A DNA stretch of 62,420 nucleotides, filler included, from Globobulimina sp. (lineage: Eukaryota): NCBI GenBank assembly GCA_003354225.1. It is 22 parts of 22 records of this genome, joined end to end, with 100 filler letters (N's around TTAATTAATTAA, not from the genome) between each part and the next. Parts side by side here need not be neighbours in the genome. Positions count along the whole stretch, not along the records: positions 1 to 2,743 come from PIVH01005105.1; positions 2,844 to 5,586 come from PIVH01005106.1; positions 5,687 to 8,429 come from PIVH01005107.1; positions 8,530 to 11,272 come from PIVH01005108.1; positions 11,373 to 14,115 come from PIVH01005109.1; 17 more parts are not named here. One strand, given 5' to 3'. Both the position numbers and the translations under genes were made by a program. Within the stretch, counting starts at the first letter, position 1; every line of letters begins with the position of its first letter. This document shows positions 1 through 12,623 of this stretch, in pieces. Under the pieces are notes generated by a model. The model saw nothing but the letters and a program-made list of their open reading frames with translations, had not been told where the DNA came from and did no database searches.

Positions 1-55
1 TATTGGATGTTATTATTAAGGACGCAAAAAAGTTCTTGCATAGAAACCATCCAAC

Positions 56-151
56 CACCGCCCGCAAAACCCGCGCAACCCCCACAAAACCCTCGCAAAA
101 CCCTGCAAACCCCCCACGCAAAACCCCCGTAACCCCCCGCAAAACCCCGCA
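56..151. repeat. Imperfect C-rich tandem repeat, ~10-12 bp unit (AAAACCCCGC-like)
   Basis: About 8-9 degenerate copies of A(2-4)-C(3-6)-GC/AC in otherwise AT-rich DNA downstream of the presenilin-like gene. Confidence 0.75.
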
Positions 152-354
152 AGTTATTTGTTTTTCTGTGAAAACCTTTCAAGTAAAGTATAATTTGTTT
201 TTATATTTGTACTTTACTCAAAAGCGTGTTTGTAAAATGATTGGTGATTTTGCAATGATTGAGTTGGTTGAGATTGAGACAACAATAACAATAACAATAA
301 CAAAAAAGAAAAAGGGAAAAAACAAAAACAAAAACATAAAAAAATGATATTGTG

Positions 355-2743
355 TTAAGGCACAAGCAAAGTCCAAACGTTCTGGTTCTGATAGTCTTTA
401 AATATTTGTTTGTAAAACACGATGGAAATAATGAGTAAGATGAAGGAGACCGGTAAGGGCCGGATTTGTTTGCTAAAAAACGGCATCACAAAGACAGAAA
501 TGACAAATCCAGAGAGCACCGTAATTAATAGCAAAACCACTTGCGTATAATTAATATTTGCGTCGTTTTCGTTGGAATCAATCAAACCTAACATCAGGCC
601 ATAAAACATAAACTCCGGCGCCCTGACTCGCAAACCGTAGACTTGATAAAATATCCGCGGCGTCGTATTTGGTAATTGGATCTGAGTCGGCACCAAAAAG
701 GGCGAGAACATTCTGCCGAAGGACGGCTTGAACATCGCAATGCAGTCCGCCGTAATCAATATCAATAATAAAAAAACAACGTACCACGAGATTGCCGAAG
801 TGATCATAATCGACATAATGCAATTTAGCACCACCAAAAACAAGCGATGCGCGCCCGGCGACACACTGAAATAAAATGTCATCACCCCAATTAAGCCGAA
901 ATTGTACACCAACACTGCGAACGTCACGATGTCCACAGAGAAGTTATAATTTTCGCACAAAATCACAAATAAAATGGCAAATCCAATCGATAAAATCAAA
1001 AAAATGTCCACCACCAAAAATAGCCGGAAAACCTGCTCGCATTTCCGCTGAAATCTGTAGGCGATGAAAGCGCCGGTTATCAAAACTACGAAGGCGCCCA
1101 ACGCATAAAATAAGTACATCGACGAAGAGGTAGACGCAGAGGGCGCGTCCGGTAAAGAAATGCCATTCTCGCTGTCCGCTGCCGCCGACCGATAATTGTT
1201 TACTCCCTGATAATTATATAAAGAAATCTCGCACAGAAAATACAGCGTACACAAAATCGACAACAATATCGGGAAAAAGATGGAATAAAACTGCGTCCAG
1301 GCACTCACAGTCAGAAATATGTAATCCACACCATCCAAACCGTCAAATAACACGCCGGGATCCGCCAAGATCTCTATATACGATTCGGGTCCTCGTTCTT
1401 CATCGGAATCGATATCCTCCTCCGGCTCCACCTCCATTTCTTCATTCTCATTCTCATTCTCATCGTCCTCCTCTTTGCGTTCATGGCCATCCATATTCTC
1501 ATTGTCATTCCCAACATTTCCATTTTCATTGTCTGCCGCTCTTTTTTTCCCAACATTTTTGCCATCGCAATACACCAAAATGGCCCGCGTCGCCTTTCGC
1601 GATTGCGCCAATTTCAGTGTCTCTGAGAGTTTGTCCATCATTCCATTGATTCGGACTTGATTATCAAACCAAAACCGATTGATGGACACATGCGAATAAT
1701 CAATGCCCTGTTTCTCCTCCGCTTCGTCTGCCATTTTCTTCTCTTCCTCCTCCGGATCCATTTCGCGATCCATATTATACGTCAACTGCGCCTTGATTTT
1801 GCCGTAAGATTTGAGCGTTTTTGGCAAGTTCCGCCGATCCGCTACGTTGAGTGTATACTGCACAACGTGATGGAAGTTGAAGTTCTTCAATCCATTTTTG
1901 TTCAAATTCACCCAAATGCACTTTTCCTGCAACTTTTTGCTGTCATAACAGGTGCGACAGATCAAGTTATTCGAACGCAACATGGAGTCGCTGCGAAAGA
2001 GCCGCTCGCACGATTGACATTTATCCAATAGGTCGTCGGCGAAGTCTTCGTTGCTGTGCGCCTCGCAGGAAAACAATACCTCGCACGGATAGTTGCCATG
2101 CTGTTCGTAGCACGTATTGCTGTACACAATTCTGCCAATGACGCGGCCCCAACACCCACCTTGAAAGCGGCCGAAATAACCACACTGCGCCACTTCCAAA
2201 TTGGGCGGCAACGTCTTATCCAATTCTGTCTGGAAGTAATTCCGCAACTTTTCCACCCTCAGCTTATTGAATGCAAACAGCGGATTCTCGTTGTTTTCGT
2301 CATCATCGTCCATGTTCATATTAATTGGGTAATTCTTCGGATAAAAACCATCGTCGTCGGCATCGTCGGGAATATGCTTTTCTTCCTCGAGGCTCTCTTT
2401 GTGGAAGGTGTCCATTTCCAGACTGCTTTTGCTGTTTATCCATTCGTGCTCCACTGCCAACTCGAAATCCATATCAATCCCATCCAGCGCACTTTGCTGC
2501 TTCTTGGCGCTACGTTTTTTGTTATATGTGGTCGCATCGTTAGAACCATCGTGGTCGAGATCATCCTGTTACATTTAAAATGAATTTACATCAAAAAACA
2601 TATAATATGTACACTACACACCTTTGAATCTTCATCAGTTCCACTTTCATTTTGCTCCTCGTCTTGTTTGTAATCATTTTGGTTTTGCTGCTGCTGAGCT
2701 TGGAGTTGCATTTCCTTCCGAACCATATACAATTTATATTCAT
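355..2743 (-). CDS. Divergent presenilin-like (GxGD-family) multi-pass membrane protein with a long Cys-rich/acidic N-terminal extension; 5' partial
   Basis: 705-aa ORF with about 9 C-terminal TM segments. LILITADCIAMF matches the TM6 YD site, GLRVRAPEFMFYGLMLG matches GVKLGLGDFIFYSVLVG, and IRPLPVS matches PALPIS. A phase-0 GT-AG intron at 2566-2621 joins an upstream exon that stays open to the contig end. Confidence 0.75.
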
Positions 2744-2843
2744 NNNNNNNNNNNNNNNNNNNNNNNNNNNNNNNNNNNNNNNNNNNNTTAATTAATTAAN
2801 NNNNNNNNNNNNNNNNNNNNNNNNNNNNNNNNNNNNNNNNNNN
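2744..2843. other. Artificial contig spacer, first of 21
   Basis: 44 N + TTAATTAATTAA (stops in all six frames) + 44 N. Identical 100-bp spacers start at 5587, 8430, 11273, 14116, 16959, 19801, 22643, 25485, 28327, 31169, 34011, 36853, 39695, 42537, 45378, 48219, 51060, 53901, 56741 and 59581. Confidence 0.99.
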
Positions 2844-3056
2844 TATGATAAAGTTATAACAAGAAAAGAAAAGCCATGAAAACTGCTTTCATAACAATCC
2901 AGTTGAAACAATAAAACACGCAAAATATAAAAAAAAATAAACAAAATATTAAAATTACTTAAACAAACAATCAGAATCAGATCCATCATACAATTGGAAC
3001 ACTTATATTTAATTCACGTGATTCAAAATCGTTTCTGCAGTCAAATTATGTTGACT

Positions 3057-5586
3057 CTATTTCCAAACCATTGTTTTATGACAATCAACATCATATTCAT
3101 CATCATTGTCTGCAGTATTAATAGTTGCAGATAAATAATATGAATGCCACGCAACATCCAATTCAACACTGCTTTTTGCATTCAATGTTCTCAATTCTTT
3201 TGAAGAGGCTTTGAATTTTGAAATTGCTGCAATAAATTTCTCATTATTTTTTTCCATTTCTGGCTCTTGATATCGTTGCGATGATGGATGAATTAACAAA
3301 GTATCATAATCAATAACATCTACATCTACATTCACATCCAAATCAATCTCATTTTCATTTTTATCCTGCTGCTTTTCATCAAATTCATACGACGAATAAT
3401 CCAATGCTTGCGCATACATTACAGAAACACATTCCATATCATGTCTGCCATTGGTTACATTTTGCATCAATAATTTATATATTTCAAAATAGGCGTCGTA
3501 ATGTATGGGTTTTTTGCCTTGTATTGGTTTGCGTATTTTTGCCTGAGGCTGCTGCGACAGATTTATTTTTGCTTTGTGAATTACACTATTTCGTTTGGGA
3601 CTTTTTGGTCCGTTATAATTGCTGAATGTTTTTGGAGACTTTGGCGACTGTGGAGATTGCGGAGAGTTTGGAGAGTTGGGAGATATTGGAAGCATGGAAG
3701 AAGTGAATGGGATAAAAATACCAGTTTTGGTGTATTTGGTTAAAATATTTTGCTGTACATTGCAAAAAATCTCAGTGATATCATGCGATTTATTAATAAA
3801 ATGATGAAATTTTGTTTTAATTTCATGAAAGGATGATAATAAATGATGGCACGACTCAATTAATTGCATAATCAATTTCGGTGTTAATTTATTCGTATTT
3901 ACAAAGATATTCCTACACCGATTTATAAATTGGTATTTTTCATCGTTTTCGATATTAATTTGAATCAAACATTGCAACGGATGTTTAATACAAATATCAC
4001 ATAAACATTTACATTTTTTCTGCCGCAATGTATCATTTAACTCATTGATATATGCTAATAATTTGAGATTTTCCTCCCTTACAATTTCTAAATCAGTTTG
4101 CGAATTAATTTTATCCGCAGATATTTTATGGTTTTCAGCTTTAATTTGCGACAAATCAGACTCATATTTGCTGACTGTCGATTTTAATTTCATTATTCCT
4201 TCATTTAACTGCGAAGTCAGTTCATTTATGTTGATATTTAATTGTTTATTTTGCTGATTAAATTCATCATTTTCGTTTTGTAATTTTACATTGGATTTCC
4301 TGATTTTATCTAATTTCTGATCCATTTTACGATGCGATTTCGTGCCCCATTCGAATTCTAAATTCCTGTAACTTGTTTTCTGTCGGTCGTAGCGCTCATG
4401 TTTCTTCATTTTGTTTTTTAACCGGTCCAAACTTAATTGGTTCTCATTATTTTCCCGTTTTAATTTGTTTAATTTGCGGTCTTTGTCGGTTTGGAGCTGA
4501 TAGGTGTCATCAATGATAGATTCTAAATGTTGGATCGACTCCGATAAGCCCGAATTTTCATTTTGTAGTGAATTGATGCGATTGCATAAACGGACGTTTT
4601 TTTTTAATTGTTTGTCTCTTTCAGATGTAACGGATAATAATTTAGTGCTTAATATCTTTATTTCTTCCTTAAAATCACTGCTTTCGCAATTGATTGCATA
4701 TAAATTACGTTTATATTCGTCCATTTCTTCTATTTTCTTATTTAATTTCTCATTCAATTCATACTTTTGATCCATTAATTTGTCATTCTCGCCATTGGTA
4801 CGTTTTAATTGTTCCTCAATCTCATTGATACGTTGGTTTTCCTTTGTTTTTATTTTTAATAATCGTAAATTTTCGTCTTTGGCTTCGGTTAATTCATCAC
4901 AGAAATTATTTATTTTATGTCGCAATTCCTTTAATTTCGCCTCATTTATTTGCTTCATTTCAGTAAACTCGTTATTTAATTCAAATAATTCGTTCTCGCG
5001 TTTTTGTAATTTACTGCTTAAAATCTCGGATTTGTCTTTATATTTTCTGAGATCCAGCAATAATTTTTCGTTTTCATCATTCTTAACAACAAATTGCTGA
5101 TTATTCTCGTGTTGGATTTTATATTTATTGTTTTCATTGGTTAATTGCTCGATATTTTGCAATAAAAATTCATTTTCTTTTTTCAAATTTGAACATTTTT
5201 CTTTCGAATTATGTGTCATCGATTTTTCCTTCAAATTCAATGTAATCCGTTCCTGCAAAATGTCATTATCCAATCGATCATGTTTGAACTGCATGGAACG
5301 TATTTCATTTTTATATTTCTCAATTTCGGCTTCCTTTATATTACAAATATTGACTTGTTCATTATAAGCCAATTCCAACTCATTTTTCTGTTTCATTAAA
5401 TTCTGATACTCTTTGTTGATGGCAGTGGTCTCTGACTCTTTTTTTTTACGCGATTCTATCAAAGATTGAGTTAATTCTTGTTGCTGGCTCGAAATCTCTC
5501 GCTTCAACTCATTATTCTTACATTTTCGCCGCTCCTTCTCTTGCTTTAATCCGTCACAATGTCTCCGCGAGACTTCCTTATTGCTC
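3057..5586 (-). CDS. Long coiled-coil protein, 5' partial
   Basis: 816-aa ORF, E/K/N/L heptad-rich, with an SPNSPQSPQSPKSPK repeat near the C-terminus. Confidence 0.8.
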
Positions 5587-5686
5587 NNNNNNNNNNNNNN
5601 NNNNNNNNNNNNNNNNNNNNNNNNNNNNNNTTAATTAATTAANNNNNNNNNNNNNNNNNNNNNNNNNNNNNNNNNNNNNNNNNNNN

Positions 5687-5818
5687 GATCAATTGTTTTT
5701 GTTGTAACAATGAATGAATGTAAGTGGAATATTTTGATTCCAATGCATTAAGCAGTTCCTCTCTTTCTTTCATTGCCTGTGTTAGTTGTTCTTTTAAAAA
5801 GCGTGCTGCCTCGACCAT
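5687..5818 (-). CDS. 5' fragment of a tandem paralog of the C2H2 zinc-finger gene, cut by the contig edge
   Basis: Translates MVEAARFLKEQLTQAMKEREELLNALESKYSTYIHSLLQQKQLI, colinear with the N-terminus of ORF 6066..6827. Confidence 0.85.
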
Positions 5819-6065
5819 GCTTCAAACTATAATTTTATACATTTTTGAAAAGCTTGCAAAATGGTATTAGTATTGGATCCTATTTCTGAAAATCCAGCAA
5901 AATCGTATATTATTGCAGTCGTAAATGCCAAAAATTGATTGGAATAGAAATCATCACAAACAAACATGCAATCACTGTTTATTCTGATTTTTTCATTTAC
6001 ATAAATCCTATTTTGCAATTATGGACTGAGTAACTTGAGACAAGTCATTTGTGTCAAAGCAGTCA

Positions 6066-6827
6066 TCAGTTTGAGGTTTTGAATTTACATTTTTTTTGAT
6101 GTTGGTTTCTAGTGCCAATTTGTTTATATCCTTGTTTACAATGTTCACATTTGAATGGCCTCTCTCCGCTATGTATCCTTTTGTGATTATCCAAAGTGGA
6201 CCTTTGTGTAAATGCTTTGCTACAAATATCACATTTATACGGCCTCTCTCCGGTATGTATTCTTTTATGACCAACCAAAGTCGTGCTTTGCTTGAATGAT
6301 TTATGACAAACATCACATTTAAATTTCCGGCCATTATGTACTCTTCGAATATGTGAGGATAAATAACGTTTTTCTTTGAATGATTTGTTGCATTTTTCAC
6401 ATTTAAATGATGGCAATGATGGTAATGACGGTACATCGCAGTCATGTTTCATTTGTTTCATATGTTTTTTAAGATTAATGCGTATGTTCGAAACGTTTTT
6501 ATCTTGATTTTGTTGAACCGGCGATAACAACGTTGTTGTATGCTTAGTGTGGTTATTTTGTGGAGTTATTGAATGGTTCATATTGTTTACGAATTGATTG
6601 ATATTTGTGATCATTATTTTGGTACTAAGACAATTATAAATTGAATCATTGATAGCGTTTGTAATGGCATCATATTTGTTTCTGATATTTGCTGCGATCA
6701 ATTGTTTTTGTCGTAATAATGAATGAATGTAAGTGGAATATGTTGATTCCAACTCATAAAGCAGTTCCTCTCTTTTTTCCATGGCCTGTATTTGTTGTGC
6801 TTGTAAAAAGTGTACTGCCTCTACCAT
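6066..6827 (-). CDS. C2H2 (Kruppel-type) zinc-finger protein with 4 fingers
   Basis: CxxC-x12-HxxxH/C repeats with HTGERPY and HSGERPF linkers. Confidence 0.93.
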   Translation of the reverse strand: MVEAVHFLQAQQIQAMEKREELLYELESTYSTYIHSLLRQKQLIAANIRNKYDAITNAINDSIYNCLSTKIMITNINQFVNNMNHSITPQNNHTKHTTTLLSPVQQNQDKNVSNIRINLKKHMKQMKHDCDVPSLPSLPSFKCEKCNKSFKEKRYLSSHIRRVHNGRKFKCDVCHKSFKQSTTLVGHKRIHTGERPYKCDICSKAFTQRSTLDNHKRIHSGERPFKCEHCKQGYKQIGTRNQHQKKCKFKTSN

Positions 6828-6997
6828 GCTTCAAACTATGTTTTTAGTATTAAAGAGTGCCTGCAATCTTCTTAACGATATATTCCAAAAGATACCGAGC
6901 TTATGGACGTTGCCAAGTGTTTAGAAGTGTAAACCTAAAAAGTCAACTGAATTGCAAAAAGTCAATAATTGAATAAAAATGTTTCTAGCTTACGGCA

Positions 6998-8429
6998 TCA
7001 TTCATAGACATAGTCTGCAAATTTTTGATGCCAGACGTAATCGACTGTAAATACCAGAAAATCATTTGAATTCCATAAAAATTCTAAATATGGATAATAC
7101 CCAATCCACTTATTTCGTGCAATTGATATGACACTATCTTGCCTGATCTGATAACAACGCAATAAAACATTTGTTTGTAAATATTCATCGATTATATTCT
7201 GTAACGAATAACTTCTTTTGACCCATATTATCAATGGTAATCCGATATAATTTATCTGTGTAATATTCTTCCGTTTTGTCTTCGCATTTAACCGGACTTT
7301 TTCAGTTTTATCATGTATTACAAATTTAATTTTAACTTTAATTCTGCCGGATATTTGTGATGGAAATGGCTTTTCTCGCATTAGAAATAAATCCAAACAG
7401 TCTATGTCTTTTCCAAATACATTTTCATGCAACAAATAACATTTTGTTTCTCCCATTTCAATAAATGGTTTGGCCAACACATATCGCATATTAATATTAA
7501 AGGCACGCTCAGACTTCGCATCTTGTCTCATATCGCAGTCGCAATCATCATTCTCATCACAACACAAATCCAATAAATGTTTGTAAGCAGCATACAAAAT
7601 ATGATCAGTTGATTCAGTTCCTTTCAATATTGTTTCAAACAAATTATTTAATAAATCCATAAAGGTTCCCTCAGATTTATATTTAATTGAAATTGTGACA
7701 CTGTGAGAGGAACCAAACGGTACTGGGCCTGTATTAGGTTCATAAACGGTGATCGATGTCAGTTTATCTGTTGGAGCAAAAGCTTCTGTGTCATATAATA
7801 CAACACAAGCACTCAGACGAACGGCACCAACATTATCACCAATTGGAATTTCATCGTTTCCTCTGAGCCGGGTGATGGTGCCGTTGATGTTCGTGACGTT
7901 GGCATTAATCATTAATTCAACATGTTTTGGTTGAATAATATTATCAAAAAATCTGCATATTTTTCGTTTCAACCATATTGCTGGCGACTTCCAATTTGTT
8001 TTTGTCTTAAACATCCAAGGCCCATAACCCTCCTCTCGCACATACCCGAATTTCTTGTTATAATCTGTTTGAAACACAGCTCTTTCATCTTCATCAAATC
8101 GTGTTTCGTAATAACTAACAAAACATGGCTTCAACACTGATGTTTCCTGGATAAAAACAATAATATCTCTCATATTTGAATGAAACTCATCTGCAAAATA
8201 TTCAAAATATTCTTCTTTCTCTACGAAAGGCCGCGCCAATTGCTTAACTTCAAAATCAGCACCAAGCATTGGAACAATATGGAGCTGAAAAGTGCACATA
8301 TTTTGATCAAGTTGGCAGGATCTCTCATAGCTCACAAGATCTCTCACATACTGCGGTGGGCTGGATGTTTGCTCCCAAATTGCTAATTTTTCATGATGCG
8401 TATCATATATATCCATTTTTCGAAGAATA
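6998..8429 (-). CDS. Hypothetical protein, possibly a USP7-like C-terminal region; probably 5' partial
   Basis: 472-aa ORF. YIGLPLIIWV weakly resembles the USP7 C-terminal FGIPFLLRI; the function call is weak. Confidence 0.45.
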
Positions 8430-8529
8430 NNNNNNNNNNNNNNNNNNNNNNNNNNNNNNNNNNNNNNNNNNNNTTAATTAATTAANNNNNNNNNNNNNNN
8501 NNNNNNNNNNNNNNNNNNNNNNNNNNNNN

Positions 8530-11272
8530 AAAACTATACATTTCAAGAGCTTACATCACCAAATTATAGCCTTAGATGACCAAATTATTGTTTTTTGTGT
8601 CTGTACATAGGAGCTATAGAGAAAGAGGATTCATTTTTGAATATCTTTCAGAAATATTGGCCGCAACGACTAAGTTTGCGTCCATTAAACACCACATTAT
8701 TATCACAACAATACCGCGAACAAATCATATCCTTCGCCAAATGTGTGGAATATGGCAATGATATCGTCGTCGCCTCGCATTCATTGTCAATACTAACCCA
8801 TTTAAATAAAACCCAGCAAGGCATTAACCTAAGATCGGTGTTTACCGATCAAATATACATTTTACAAAACTCATTCTCCACACAATTATATAACCCGCCA
8901 ACGGCGCGAACCACCACTGAGACCTTACCAGATATTCGGGTGTCAATCGTGCAATTTTTATTAAAAAGTCTAAAAGTATCTGGGCATAATTTGGGTTTGA
9001 TGTTATTGGCCTTCTCTGAACAATCTGCGTCCAGAGACCAGTTACAATCACAGGTGTCGTGTCTCAACGCCATGTTGAAAATATGTATCGAGCCCGAGTT
9101 TAGTATATGCATTTTGTGTGTTTTTTACCTGTACACTTTTCTATGATGTTTTTACCTGTGGTTCTGACCAAAAATGATGGACAATTTGGTAAAACTTTAA
9201 CTTTTCTGACAAAACATTTTGACTGAATTTACATTGATAGGATTGTGTTATATGTACGTTTTTGGTTTATTATATAACGATAATTTGTGTCTGTATATAT
9301 ATAGATTTTGTCTTCATTCATCAGCATTGGCGGAGAGTTGCTTTGAATTATTATTCCGATTATTATCAAATACAAGGATTGGTGAAAGATTTCTTGCTGC
9401 GGCAGACGCTGTTTGTTCATCATTTTTTGTGACGTTATTACGACAAAATATTGCCTGTACAGCGATATTGCCTACGGATCCAAATATTGATCAACGACAA
9501 ATACTGACTTGTTTTTTAAATCAACGCGCTTGGCTTTTACGTGCGATATCGTTTGAAGTTTAGTGATTCATTTTGTATATAACTGATATTGTAATGATGA
9601 CACTTTGCGATCAGAGATATTGTAATTATCAAATGTTGATATATTTCATTTTCTGACACCTCTACTGATGCATTGCATGTATTATATCCTATATTCTGTG
9701 ACATTTGTTTTGGTTTTGCAATGTTTGTATTGTAATGTTGTACAGTTTCATTTGGCATATTCCTTTGATAAAACTGGTATTTTTGATCCGCAGGATATTC
9801 AATATTTGGGATTGTTAAATGACCCAAATACAGAAACTACGGCATTTGCATTATGGAAAGTGTTCGAATTATTGGACGTTAACATTGGACCGAATAGTCC
9901 CATTAATAACGCCTCCACCATTTGGAGAATCAATTTGGAGCAATTTAAACAATATAACAATCAGCCAAATAATGGTACTTTTACCTGGAATATTCAGAAA
10001 ATGTATTTTGCATTGAATCGGGTATGTTGCCTTATACTTTACATTGTATTTTTATGATGATTCAGTTCGACGTTTTGAATGCAAATATAATGAAAACGGA
10101 AATACTTTATATAATATATATATTATACAGGCACCGGCAAGTCAGACCGTGTCGGATAAACAAAACCGATTAGAAGCCATATCAGCGGATGCATTAAATC
10201 ATAATATTCGCGTATCATTAATAACTGCATTAGATTTTTCATATTCAGCGTTGTCAGAACTGATAAGATGCATATTAGGCAATAAAATTATTGATTACAA
10301 CAATATCAATAACCAGTTATTATTAAAATTATTAGATAATATATTGGAGAGATTGTCCACCAGAATATATGGACCATTGTGGTCCAATGTGTCCAATACC
10401 ATATCCCAGGTGGCCTTGAATATTATGTTCTTTTTCAGACATTCATTAGGCGGAGATTTTCCAGTTCAAATCACCATCGTTGGCTGTCGAACTATTTTGG
10501 AAGGAATGGTGAATTCCATCTTAATGCAAAAAGATGTTCGCAATCCAAGAGCCAATTTGTATTCCTGTTTATCGAATTATTTACATTACGCAAAGTTTAA
10601 AGTCCCCAATGTTTTATCGGATGAAAACGAATCGAAAGCAATCAACTGAAATGAAAAAGTGACCACAGAAAAGGACAAATTAAACTGCAGCAATGTAGCG
10701 ATGTTACTATCGCGCAAAGACGAATTGCTTCACGTATGTAATCCTATTATTTTCTTGGCACTGTTCTGATGATTGTACGGTTCTGCTGTTGAGTGTGCAA
10801 ACTATTTTGCTGTTTGCATGAAAATAACAACCCGCCCACTACGATACAAATTAAATATATTTGCTGATTTGATTTTAATTTCAAATCTATGAATATATCC
10901 ATATCGTATGTGATAAAACTAATTATTTGTTTGCAATATAGGTTATTTTCAGTGATTCCGTGTCGAAGGATGCATATTTATCATCTGTGTCCAGTTTGGT
11001 TTTACAGGATTTATTATCTGAACACGACAATGTGTCATTGGAAGAGTTCAATGTGTCGCCACCGCGGATATGGTTATCAATGTTGTTGGAAAAGTCGCGT
11101 TTGTTATTCGTGTTACGTGCGACGTGTGATTTAGATGGACATATTGAGAGTGCATTAGCATCGCAAAGACATTGGTATTTTTTGTATCAATTTGAGTCTA
11201 TGATTGATATATTAATCGCAGCGTCGTTGTATGAGTCAGGAACCGTAGAATTGATTGATAATAACTGTATTT
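8530..11272 (+). CDS. NUP205: Nup205/Nup192-like nucleoporin, multi-exon internal fragment with an in-frame TGA
   Basis: Ordered motifs HNLGLMLLAF, SCLNAMLKI, LAESCFELLFRL, LNQRAWLLRAISFE and RANLYSCLSNYL match recalled Nup205 blocks. GT-AG introns at about 9103-9304, 9558-9746, 10022-10130 and 10734-10941. Confidence 0.75.
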
Positions 11273-12623
11273 NNNNNNNNNNNNNNNNNNNNNNNNNNNN
11301 NNNNNNNNNNNNNNNNTTAATTAATTAANNNNNNNNNNNNNNNNNNNNNNNNNNNNNNNNNNNNNNNNNNNNCGCCATATATATATATTTCAGGTTTATA
11401 TTGAAAATGATGAATGGTGACTGGTGAGGATGATGATTGTGTCATTGTGACGACACTTTAATATTCTATTTGTATTTTATAATTTTATGATTATTTTGCT
11501 TATGTTCACCATAATTTAGTGGATGTCAGATGGCGTTTTTCTCTTCGACTATTATATAAACCGTCGGTCGTTATATGCGATGTAAATACGATGCATAATA
11601 TCAAATACGCAATGGTTTTGAATATGGAATATAATGAAGCGCCATAATATTGAGTGATAATCACACTGTACGTCCATTGTTAAACTAATACCACTTAAAC
11701 ATTGAGGGGTGTTTGTGTCACATAAATGGTTTGTTGAAACATTGCGGTTCGGCTGTGATACATTTTTTTGTTTTTTGTAATATTTGTGATGCTCAAGCTT
11801 TTCCTATGCATACAGATGTAATGAAATTAACATAGCGTTGATATGGATTGTTGCAAGAAACTTTCTTCGTTGTTCAGCCATGATAAAACTTTTGATACCG
11901 ATGAAAATGTTCAGCCACTTCACTTCACGGTGCGATCATGAAAATAGCTCTTAATTTATATGATAGTACACTTGTCACCGTTTTAGAAAGACCAATATTA
12001 TGCACATTATATTTATTTATGTCATTGTCATCCGATAACAACATATCCGATGATTCAAAAACAGGAACGATATTACTGAATGCACCAACACCGCCCATTG
12101 CTATTATACGCGATAAGATTGCAGTTAGGGCAGTACGAATAAAATACTGTTAACAACGCCAGAGATCAGATCTAATAAAGCCTGCGATACAATATATAGA
12201 AACGAAGGTGTTACTAAACATTAAAAAAAGTCCACTCTGTTAACAACACTGACCATGTTGTTGCTAGATTTATTATTCCGATGGGCTCTGCAAAAATAAT
12301 GTTAACGCAAAAACTAAATATTTGATAATATTAATATAATATGATGTAACGCAAAAATAATACAAATAAAACAAAATAAAAAGAGAAAAAAATAATATAA
12401 GAAAAAACATAATGATCGATAAAACAATTTAATTAATAACAGGTCTTTGACTTTGATTTAGTGACATTGCCACCCCAATTGCCCCACTTATTTCGTCCAT
12501 TAATTCAGATTGATTAGTTAATAAAGAAAATAATTCCCTATTTCCCATGCAACAAATCAAAGGAAACATTATTCCAAAAACTTGAATACTTAATGAATGA
12601 CAACAGAATGGCAACAGTACTAT

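Noticed and set aside
3-347. 114-aa ORF
   Set aside because: It is a translation of the C-rich repeat and low-complexity 3' flank.
11373-12260. Possible coding fragments
   Set aside because: Short interrupted frames with no recognisable motif or consistent exon chain.
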